From: the human T2T-CHM13v2.0 reference genome, Homo sapiens
Assembly: GCF_009914755.1 (NCBI RefSeq)
Contig: NC_060937.1
Length of the DNA stretch: 64,000 nucleotides
Strand: one strand, 5' to 3'
This document shows, piece by piece, positions 12,689-24,051 of the stretch. A program made the translations under genes and the position numbers. Each line of letters opens with the position of its first letter. Position 1 is the stretch's first letter. The notes under the pieces were generated by a model. It did no database searches. It worked only from the letters and a program-made list of their open reading frames with translations, and was not told where the DNA came from.

Positions 12689-15600
12689 TATTTCTTTGTA
12701 GTTGCTGTGTAGGAACAAAAGCACAAAAATGCCAACTCTATGTATACAGGTAGATGAAACAAACACGTAACGAATAAACATAATGAGGAAAAAACTTAAA
12801 GAAAGCTGGCAGTGGCCAACACAAATATTTCAATAATTGATGAGATTTTGAGTGAACAACATTTTAATGCTTACACTGACTTTAAAGCTTCTTTCTTTTT
12901 GCCTTCTAGTTTGGTTTCAAAATATTTATTTTCACACTTTTAAGGTTATGGATTTTCCAATAAAACCTCCCAGTTGCCAGTCAGTTGGATTTCAGTTTTT
13001 AAAAGTATTTTCTAGGCATTATAAAGATATTAAAATTTTTATCTGTGTACTTTAAAACTATCATAATATCATCTGAAAAAACTCTATACTTTTGTAACCA
13101 AGGACAGATTAACTAGAGATGACCTAAATACCAATGTCAAATCTTCACATTGGAAGCTGTGGTGCTTCTAGGTATTGAAATGCCTAAGAGTTTGTATGGA
13201 TTATCAGGAAGTTGGTGGGCCAAATATCGTTTAGATTCCAAGCTCTTTTTCTCCCACATTTTGTATATCTGAAGTCAATAAATTTTATCTTGGGAAAATG
13301 AGATTATTGGATGTCAAATATTGAACTATGGGCTGAGGATCTAGCATATAGAATAGCCTTACATTATGAAAAATAAAGCACTAAGAAAATGCCTGTAATA
13401 ATTTAGCCTTTAGTTCTTCTCCCTGAGTTGATTCATTGGTACTGCTCTACAATTAGATGACGTGAACACACATGTGGATGGTAAATGATGCCAAAGATCA
13501 TTGTTAACATGATTAATAAATTATGCTTGACATCATTTTATATTTACTTACTCTTTATCCATGTGCTCTTACCATGCAGAAAGCTTAGTTCACGTCCATT
13601 CTAGGGAGAGTTTGACATGTCAGACAATGAAGTTTTATGTGACACCTACTCAGAAGGTAGCTGGCATTGTGGCCACTGCTCTGTGTTTTGCCAGCATATC
13701 TGTAAGTATGAGAAGATCGTGTCCTCTTTTCATCAGCATGCTCCTTCTCCTCCTTCAATCATTAGTCCCTTAGGCTTTAGTAAAAGAACAGTGCACATTC
13801 CTTTTATGGGCAAATGTGTGAGCCTAAATACTTTATTTTTTTGTAGTCAATCTTTTTTAGGCTAAATAGGCAATCAGGGAGTCACTTACGTTTAAACTAA
13901 AGACATTTTAAACTAAAAAAAAATCAGTTTTCAGCATTTGATTTGTGGTGTGTATTATATATACACAATCAAAATAAATACTGCTATGCCCTTTTCATTT
14001 ATCTAGTTTGTTCCTCTTGAATTTACCAAGTTCACTAAAGATGTTCATCTTTCCATCTTTAATGTATGGACGTCACAACAGATTTTGGCAATGCTGTGCG
14101 AATCTGATTTGTTTTCTTCACTAGCACACAACATAAAGCTATTAGCTGCCTTGAATTATACAAAAAATGTTGAAATCTGGCAAACCAATGGAGTGCTGAC
14201 TCTTGTTTTTGATCTATTGAACTATCAGCACCTTTTAGCCCAACAGCTTTAAATCTCCAATCAAAATATTTACTTACTTAGAAAAAAAATCTATTTTTTG
14301 AATATTATTGCTGATTGTAATGGCAGACCAATCATAATCATGCATGTAAGATAAATATTGTGTTTGACTAAGGATAAAAGAAATATTTTGCATCATATGT
14401 ATTTTATTCTATTATTTTGTGATATAGAAGGACCAGTGATAAATGTAGGGTAATAAATAGAACATAATCTGCGTATTTTAATCTGTTTTAAAACATTTTC
14501 TTACTATTTTAATGTCCCTACTTATAAGCATGTAAATAGAAAGCATTAAGACAGAGGAGGTTGTAAAGAAAACTATGGCAAGCAAAATTTAACAAACATT
14601 TAGTAGTCATTACATTTAACTATACTTTAACTTTATTTTTATTATGGGATACAGTATTTACCTTTATTAAAAGGTTTGACAAAAAGATTTTTAAGGTTTT
14701 ATCAAATTCCTGAGATAAGTTAAAAAAAGAAGCAAGTTTCAAAAAAAGATATAAACAGTTTATTTTGGAATGAAGATTCAAGTCTGATCCTTTGCATATG
14801 AATCTTGGATCTTGGATGTGAATTCCTGACTAATGGTTAAAGTGGACTTAGAATCTTTCCTTGAGGACAAATAGAATTGAGGAAGAGAAAAATCTGAGAA
14901 GCATTCAGAAGCTATGTCTTCCTGCATGAGATCATAAGTAATAAATCCAGGCAGAGATAAGGAAGATGATGAAGTAAAGATTATCTGCTAATGTAAGAGT
15001 TCTCCATAGATACATAGCAAAAGTGGTGAATTGTTTGCCTAATAACAGTAACTCTGGGCTATATCAACAATTTTAAGAGAGAATAAAGAAGATATTATAT
15101 CTGGTGATCAATTTAGAATATTCACAATGTTTTAGACCTAAAATTTAAGCATTATAGAAAAGTCTCAAATTAGTGACTATTTTAATAAAACCTGCCTAAT
15201 AATCTTACTAATTCAAATCTCAATATATAATCCTCATTCATTATAGGAACTATATTTTCATTAAAAATTTTTCTTGAATGACTAGTTTGTAGTAGTTTAC
15301 TCTGAAATGTTAGAGATTAGAAAATCAGCAGAATTTTTTTCACAAAAAAAATATTTGATATAGTAAGATATTTAACTGGTGTTTACAAATATGTTGACAG
15401 AGTAAACATATAAGGGATTTGGACTAGGTGTTTACATTTGAATATCATTCATTATGAAGAAAATGGAAATAGAAAAAGGCAGTTATTCCCAAGTAACTCT
15501 CATGTTTGCGTTATATTTTGCTTTGAAGGATAAGGAACACGAAAGCATGTTTGTAAACTGTGAATGATGGAATAGGAACACAGGCTAATTATGCAGTATA

Positions 15601-16134
15601 GTGATGGCATAATGAAGAGGCACAGTGCTTTCAAAGATAATAGAAGATGGCATCCAGAACACATGTATAGGAACTAATCGTTGATGGAAAGAGGACCAAT
15701 TCTGCCACTGACATGGGAGAAAAGAATGAGAGCACAGATTACTGGATTTGTGGAGGGAGAAGATACAACTCCTTTTGGATACCTTCTGTTTGTTTAACTA
15801 TGTGATGAAAAACCATTAACTAAGAGCGAAGTGGTGAGGAGAGAATAAAATATTTAAGAATAGAGAAAGTGATACAAAATAATCTCCTGAGGAGAGTGAG
15901 AGTGAGTGTACGACTTACTATAGGACTAGAGTAAATTGCTGATCCAGCTACAAGTTTATCTGATTTTACAGAAGATGAAGTGAAATCATCCAACCTGCCC
16001 AGTGGGTCAATATGTCTAGCCATGCTTAGTCCCTACCCCCACTTCAACCACAGAAAATGAGGTAAGAGAAGGAGAAAAAATCTGAGAGGACTTTTTTCCC
16101 CTTTTCCAAAAGAAAGATTATGATAGATGATGGA

Positions 16135-17273
16135 TGTATTACATTTGCTAGAGTTGCCACAATAAATTACCTCTCATTGGGTAGACTAAAAAAAGAGAAT
16201 TGTATTCTTTCACAGTTCTGGAGGCTAGAAATATAAAGTCAAAGTATCAGCAGAGCTATGAAGGATCTAAGGATGAATCCTTCCTTATCTTTTCTGGCTT
16301 TGGGTAGCCCCAGATTTTCTTTGACTTGCAGCAGCATAAATCCAATCTCTGCCTTGTTTTCTGTCATCATGTGGCTTTCTTTTCCCTTTGTACAACTCTG
16401 GTAAACCATAATCAAATAATTTATAAGTAAGACCCCAAAAGTAGATGCAACAAAACAAAAATAAATATATGAGATTTAATTAAACTAAAAATCTCCTGCA
16501 CAGCAAAAGAAATTATCAACAGACTAAAGAGATAACCTGCAGATTGGGAGAAAATATTTTCAAACTATGCATCCAATAAAGAACAAACATCTAGCATCTA
16601 CAAAGAATTTAAACAAATCACCAAGAAAAAAACTTCAACTAAAAAGTGGGCAAATGTCATGAACAGACAGTTCTCAAAAGAAGATATACAAATAGCCAAC
16701 AAACATAAAAATTGATCAACATCAAGTCAGTAGTCGTGAGAGAAATGCAAATTAAAACCACAATGAGATGCCACATTACCCCTGTAAGCATGACCATTAT
16801 TAAAAAGCCAAAAACAACAGATGTTAGCAATGGTGCAATGAAAAGGGAATGCTATTCACTGTTGGTGAGAATGTATATTAGTATGACTTTTATGGAAAAT
16901 AGTATCAAGATTTCTGAAAGAACTGGAAGTAGATTTATCATTTGATCAAGCAATCCTGCCACTGGGTATCTACTCAAAGTAAAATAAGTCATTATATCAT
17001 GACACCTGCACTCAAACCTTTATTATAGCACAATTCACAATTGCAAAGATATGGAATTAATTTAAATGCCCATTAACAGATGAGTGGATAAAGAAAATAT
17101 GGCACAGATATGTGTGTGTGTGTGTGTGTTTATGCACACAGATATGTGTGTGTGTGTTTATGCACACACATACACCACACAATATATTTGTGTGTGAATA
17201 TATGTGTGTGTATATATATATGTAGACATGGAATATCTATATGTGTGTGTATATATATACATATACATACATA

Positions 17274-17315
<42 letters not shown>

Positions 17316-17862
17316 ATGGAATGCTACCCTCCAGCCACAAAAAAGATGAAATAATGCCTTTTGCAGTGACTTGGATGGAACTGGAGGCCATTATCCTAAG
17401 TGAAGTTACTCGGAATGGAAAACCAAATACTATATGTCTTTTTACTTATAAGTGGGGGAGCTAAGCTATGGGTATGCAAAGGCATATAGAGTGGTATAAT
17501 AGATACTGGAGATTCAGAAGAGAGAAGGAAGGGAGGAGGGTACAGGATGAAACATTATCTATTGGGTACAGTGAACACTATTCAGGTGATGGGTGCACTA
17601 AAAGCCCCAGATTTTACCACTATACAACTCATCCGTGTAACCAGAAACCACTTGAATCCCTAAAGCTATTGAAATAAAAAAAAATATTCCCCTTTCTCTT
17701 ATTCAACACCGTTCATTGTTTTTAGGGCTCACTTAAGTCCAAGATGATTTCATCTTGAGATCCTGAACTAATAATATCTGCAAAGACTCATTTCAAAATA
17801 AAATTATTTTCTGAGGTTTCAATGGACATCAGTTTGGGGTGCACACTGTTCAACCCACTACA
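16135..17862 (-). mobile_element. MLT1C-like MaLR LTR split by an L1 insertion (halves about 16135-16390 and 17684-17862)
   Basis: tgtattacatttgctagagttgccacaataaattac...cacagttctggaggctagaa and ...atctgcaaagactc...caacccactaca; 5-bp TSD ATGGA at 16130-16134 and 17863-17867. Confidence 0.85.
16410..17683 (+). mobile_element. 5'-truncated L1PB-like element (ORF2 C-terminus + 3'UTR) nested in MLT1C
   Basis: ORF2 remnants REMQIKTTMRCHITPV and EIMPFAVTWMELEAIILSEV; ends ctattgaaataaaaaaaaa; internal TG/CA microsatellite at 17110-17313. Confidence 0.9.
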
Positions 17863-18109
17863 ATGGACTCAGTACAACCAAAAGAGGTTCTTACCTGAGG
17901 CTAAATTCCTAAGTGTGTCTGTGATATTTGACTGAGATGATTATGCTATGTACAAGATTTCACTTACTCCTCTTGTTTTCCACCTTATTTTCCTCACATT
18001 CTCTCTAGTACCTGCTACATTTGGGCCCTTTTCAAATTTTATTTTTATTTTTTCAATTTTTCCAACAGTTTTTACCCTCCTCTGTAATGTCTTTATAATA
18101 TATTATGAG

Positions 18110-18543
18110 CATATTAGGGTTCTCTATAGAGACAGAACTAATAGGAAAGATGTAGGAGTTTATTAAGGAGTACTGACTCGATCACAAGGTGAGGTCCCGC
18201 AATAGGCCGTCTGCAAGCTGAGGAGCAAGAAAGTCAGTCCAAGTCCCAAACATGAAGAACTTGGAGTCTGATGTTCAAGGGCAGGAAGCATCCAGCACAG
18301 GAGAAAGATGTGAGCTGGGAGACCGAACCAGTCTAGTCTTTCCACATTCTTCTGCCTGCTTTTATTCTGGCCATGCTGGCAGCTGATTAGATTTTGCCCA
18401 CCAAGATTGAGGGTGGGTCTGTGTTCCCCAGCCCACTAACTCAAATGTTAATCTCCTTTGACAACACCCTCACAGACACACCCAGGAAGAATACTTTGCA
18501 TCCTTCAATCCAATTAAGTTGACAGGCAATATTAACCATCACA
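18110..18543 (-). mobile_element. MLT2A (ERVL) solo LTR
   Basis: Reverse complement starts tgtgatggttaatattgcctgtcaacttaattggattgaagg; 5-bp TSD ATGAG at 18105-18109 and 18544-18548. Confidence 0.9.
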
Positions 18544-19692
18544 ATGAGTTACATTTTTCCCACATTTTAATACACTAAATGTATATCGCTCACTTTGTTT
18601 TTCATCTTCCATAAATTTGTTAAGATCTCTCACTTTTTGTCTCCCCAGCCTCCTCCTTACATTATCTTGTCATTGTCTGAGTTGATTCCTTTTTGAATTT
18701 CTATATTTTAATTGCAATGTGGTTTCCCAATGGATAATAGAGTACTTAACATTTCATTTGAGACTAAAAATTTTATTTTCCAGTTGTTAAAGCTACTTTT
18801 GTTTTCTTGTTTTGCTATAGGAATTGCCTTTCCATTGTGTTGCTTTGCTTTTATGAGCATGTTTCCCTTAGTATTTTCCAAGACCCATCTTCAAATTTTC
18901 TTTCTACTGATTGATTTTTAACTTAATATCATAATGCTCTTTATTTCCCATTATGAAAAATGGGAAAAATGAGAAAATTAGTTCATTTATATTTCCTCAT
19001 ACTTCTCCTTCAAGCTTCCTTTTCCCCACTATTTATTAATTATATTTACTATTTTTAGTACTTTTCATAGTTCTTTTCAAAATTATAGCAGACATTCTTG
19101 TTTATTAACTTTATTAAATTTAGATGCCTTTTTGGCCCAACACCTCAGCAAGAAAAATGAGAAACCATATGCACTTACATATGGTGTTCTCTGTTGTCTT
19201 CTATTTTATGTTTTTTTAATTATTGTATTTAACTATCAATATCATATTTACTTTTTATTAAATATAATTTTCATGGTTGATTACTCTTGGTAATGGCTAC
19301 ACCAGGCATTTCACCATACTTGGAGAGAATTTCTTTCAAAATTAGCTGAACTTTAAAATCTTTTAATGCAAGCATAATGAGGTCAGCAGAGAGGAAAATG
19401 AGAGGAGGTGATAACTCTAGTAGAAGTAATGTCCATCAGTGAAAGGCAGGGCAGATATTCCAAAAATACAGGGAGGAAAGGAGGAACAGAATGAGAGTAC
19501 AGGCAATTTTAGTGACTGATAGTAAATGGTCAAGGAAGAGCCCACCTAACGCTATTTTTTTAAAACTGTGAAAACAATACCATTATATCCTGAACGGAGG
19601 GCAATGTTTGCCGGCTCAGGATCTGGGAATGAATAGAGAATGTGTAAAAGAGAGAATGAACATTAAGAAATGTTGTGTGGGCCTTGAATACA

Positions 19693-19835
19693 CATACCAA
19701 AGACATAAAAATGGCGAACAAGTATATGAGAAGATACTCAACATCAGTAATCATCAGGAAAACACAAATTAGAAATACTATGAGATGCCACCACATACCT
19801 ATTAAGACAGTTGTCATCAAAAAGATAAGAGATAA
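19693..19835 (+). mobile_element. L1MA-type fragment, left part (interrupted by HERV-W)
   Basis: aaagacataaaaatggcgaacaagtatatgagaagatactcaacatc...aaaaagataagagataa reads on as caagtgttggtgag after the provirus. Confidence 0.85.
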
Positions 19836-20632
<797 letters not shown>

Positions 20633-20635
20633 TTT

Positions 20636-20653
20636 TGGTGACCACGAAGTGAC
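20636..20653 (+). promoter_or_regulatory. Primer binding site TGGTGACCACGAAGTGAC
   Basis: 18-mer starting TGG three nucleotides after the 5' LTR end; resembles the complements of tRNA-Arg(TCG) and tRNA-Trp 3' ends. Confidence 0.85.
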
Positions 20654-20660
20654 CTCCAAA

Positions 20661-20669
20661 GCGGTGAGT
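20661..20669 (+). promoter_or_regulatory. Major proviral splice donor GCG|GTGAGT
   Basis: Consensus donor just downstream of the PBS, where HERV-W has its first donor. Confidence 0.75.
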
Positions 20670-21332
20670 AATATTGGACCACTTTCGCTTGCTATTCTGT
20701 CCTATCCTTCCTTGGAATTGGAGGAAAATACCGGGCACCTGTCGACCAGTTAAAAACGATTAGCATGGCCGCCGGACTTAAGACTCAGGTGTGAGACTAT
20801 CTGGCGAAGGGCTTTCTAACAACCCCCAACCCTTCTGGCTTGGGGACGTTGGTCTGGTCGGAGCAGCTTCCACTTTCAATTTTCATGGGGAAGCCGAGGG
20901 CCGACTAGAGGCAGAAAGCTGTCATCCCGAACTCCTGGCAGTAGCCGGTTGAGATCATGGCGCAGCCAGAATTCTCTACTCAGTAGATGCCCATCCGTGC
21001 GCCCCTACCTTTCCCTTCTGATCCATACCTCCTGGGTCCCGACCATGACTTTCTTGAAAGCATAGCCCCCAAATTCTCCTTACCTCTGAATCTACTTCCT
21101 CTGATCCTTGCGTCCTAGGTACTAATGGTTCAGACTTTCATTTCCTCTAGCAAGTTGTATCTCCAAAGGGATCTCAGGAAGCTCTATGCTGTGTCCTTAG
21201 GCATCTAGGCTGTAACCCAGGGAGTCTTATCCCTGGTGTCCCTCCCGATTTAGGTATACAGCTCTCGACATGGGCAGTTATGTGGGACCCATTCCCCACC
21301 ACCCTTGCCAGGGGCCCAAGTCTGTAATGGCT

Positions 21333-21393
21333 AAGAGAGAGATGGAGAGAGAGAGACAGATGGAGAGAGAGAGAGAGAGAGACAGAGAGAGAT

Positions 21394-21424
<31 letters not shown>

Positions 21425-21490
21425 CAGAGAGAGAGACAAAGACGGAGTCAAAGAGAAAGAAAGAAAAAGATAGAAATAGTAAAAAGAAAA
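21333..21490. repeat. (GA)n/AG-rich tract in the HERV-W pre-gag leader
   Basis: Directly visible; a variable AG-rich stretch is characteristic of the HERV-W leader. Confidence 0.95.
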
Positions 21491-21584
21491 GTGTGCCCTA
21501 TTCCTTTAAAAGCCAGGGTAAATTTAAAACCTGTAATTGATAATTGAAGGTCTTCTCCATGATCCTATAACACTCCAATGCCAC

Positions 21585-22180
21585 TTTGTTGTCAGTGTAA
21601 ATAAGGGCGTAGCCCGAAAGCACTGAGGCCACTGACAACCCATAGCTTTCCTATCAAAAATCCTTAACCCAGTAACCCACGGATGGCCAAATGCATTCAG
21701 TCGGTAGCGGCAACTGCTTTGCTAAAAGTAGAAAAGTAACTTTTAGAGGAAACCTCGTTGTGAGCACACCTTACCAGTTCAGAATTATTCTAAGTCAAAA
21801 AAAAAAAAAAAAAAAAAAAAAAAGCAAAGGTAGCTTACTAACTCAAAAATCTTAAAGTATGGGGCTATTATTTTAGAAAAGGGTAATGTAACTCCAACCA
21901 CTGATAATTCCCTTAACCCAGCAGATTTCCTAACAGGGGATTTAAATCTTAATTACCATACAAAGGTCTGACCAGACCTAGGAGGAACTCCCTTCAGGAC
22001 AGGATGGTAGATGGTTCCTCCCAGGTGATTAAGGAAAAAAACCACAATGTGTATTCAGTAATTGATACAGAGACTCTTGTGGAAGCAGAGCTAGAAAAAT
22101 TGCTTAACAATTGGTCTCCTCAAACGTGCGAGCTGTTTGCACTCAGCCAAGCCTTAAAGTACTTACAGAATCAAAACACT
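21585..22180 (+). pseudogene. Second, divergent pol remnant (RT connection + RNase H N-terminus) within the pre-gag leader
   Basis: ORF 22004-22315 begins VDGSSQVIKEK..YSVIDTETLVEAE..LNNWSPQTCELFALSQALKYLQNQ (RNase H DGSS and SAQxxEL motifs); upstream DNA encodes GWP/LKY/LNPA-like connection motifs. Confidence 0.7.
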
Positions 22181-22588
22181 ACCTCAATCCTGACTCCAAA
22201 GATTCGCTACATCCTCTCTGGAATGAATTTGCATAAGAACTATTGTTTATGGGGATGCATCTTCATGGGGCAGCTGGGTTGTTATGAAATACTCGGGAAC
22301 CCGGCCCAGCTCTAGGACTCACTCCTGAGCACAAAGGCAATGTTGGGCACGCTGGTAAAGGATCACTAGAATCCTGCAGCCCGAACCCCTCTCTTTGTGG
22401 TCAAGAGAGGCGCTAAAATAGGTGCAGGGCTGCTACATTGGTGAGCATAACTAATCTGATAAGCAGAGGTCCATGGGTGGTTACGCACCCTGGAAAAGAA
22501 TAAGCATTAGGCCCTTAGAGGACGCTCTAGGACTAATGCTTATCGGAAAATGACTAGGGGTGCTGGCATCCCTATGTTCTTTTTTCAG

Positions 22589-24051
22589 ATGGGAAACGTT
22601 CCCCCCACCCCAAAGCAAAAATGCCCCTAAGATGTACTCTGGAGAATTAGGACCAATTTGACCCTCAGATGCTAAGAAAGAAATGACTTATAGTCTTCTG
22701 CAGTACTGCCTGGCCACAATACCCTCTTAAAAGGGAGAAACCTGGCCTTCTGAGGGAAGTATAAATTATAACACTATCTTACAGCTAGACCTCTTCTGTA
22801 GAAAGGAGGGCAAATGGAGTGAAGTGCCATATGTGCAAACTTTCTTTTCATTAAGAGACAACTCATAATTACGTAAAAAATGTGGTTTATGCCCTACAGG
22901 AAGCCCTCAGAGTCTACCTCCCTATCCCAGTGTCCCCCCGACTCCTTCCCCAACTAATAAGGACCCCCCTTTTACCCAAATGGTTCAAAGGAGATAGACA
23001 AAGGGATAAATAATGAACCAAACAGTGCCAATATTCCGATTATGCCCCCTCCAAGCAGTGGGAGGAGGAGAATTCGGCCCAGCCAGAGTGCATGTACCTT
23101 TTTCTCTCTCAGACTTAAAGCAAATTAAAATAGACCTAGGTAACTTCTCAGATAACCCTGATGGCTATATTGATGTTTTACAAGGGTTAGGACAATCTTT
23201 TGATCTGACATGGAGAGATATAATGTTACTGCTAAATCAGACATTAACCCCAAATGAGAGAAGTGCCGCCACAACTGCAGCCCGAGAGTTTGGCAATATC
23301 TGGTATCTCAGTTAGGTCAATGATAGGATGACAACAGAGGAAAGAGAATGATTCTCCACAGGCCAGCAGGCAGTTCCGAGTGTAGCCCCTCACTGGGACA
23401 CAGAATCAGAACATGGAGATTGGTGCCGCAGACATTTGCTAACTTGCATGCTAGAAGGACTAAGGAAAACTAAGAAGACTATGATTTATTCAGTGATGTC
23501 CACTATAACACAGGGAAAGGAAGAAAATCCTACTGCCTTTCTGGAGAGACTAAGGGAGGCATGGAGGAATCATACCTCTCTGTCACCTGACTCTATTGAA
23601 GGCCAACTAATCTTAAAGGATAAGTTTATCACTCAGTCAGCTGCAGACATTAGAAAAAAACTTCAAAAGTCCACCTTAGGCCCAGCGCAAAATTTAGAAA
23701 CCCTATTGAACTTGGCAACCTCAGTTTTTTATAATAGAGATCAGGAGGAGCAGGCGGAATGGGACTAACGGGATAAAAAAATAAAAGGCCACCACTTTAG
23801 TCATGGCCCTCAGGCAAGCGGACTTTGGAGTCTCTGGAAAAGGGAAAAGCTGGGCAAATTGAATGCCTGATAGGGCTTTCTTCCAGTGCAGTCTACAAGG
23901 ACACTTTAAAAAAGATTGTCCAAGTAGAAGTAAGCTGCCCTCTAGTCCACGCCCCTTATGTCAAAGGAATCACTGGAAGGCCCACTGCCCCAGGGGACAA
24001 AGGTCATCTGAGTTAGAAGCCACTAACCAGATGATCCAGCAGCAGGACTGA
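22589..24051 (+). pseudogene. gag: HERV-W gag, disrupted by stops and frameshifts
   Basis: ATG GGA AAC (MGN) directly after splice acceptor ttcttttttcag; CA fragments (FSDNPDGYIDVLQGLGQSF, major homology region ITQGKEENPTAFLERLREA); degenerate NC zinc knuckles (FFQCSLQGHFKKDC, RPLCQRNHWKAHC); ends QQD-TGA. Confidence 0.92.

Noticed and set aside
12554-12781. Protamine-like Arg-rich ORF
   Set aside because: The Arg/Gly run is the reverse complement of a (CTT)/(CTTCCT) repeat, with no gene context
21270-21473. ER/RD-rich charged ORF
   Set aside because: Translation of the (GA)n tract
21797-21823. 27-nt poly(A) as a retroposed insertion tail
   Set aside because: No TSD or upstream SINE body and the leader is continuous across it; a simple homopolymer expansion (may cause oligo-dT internal priming)
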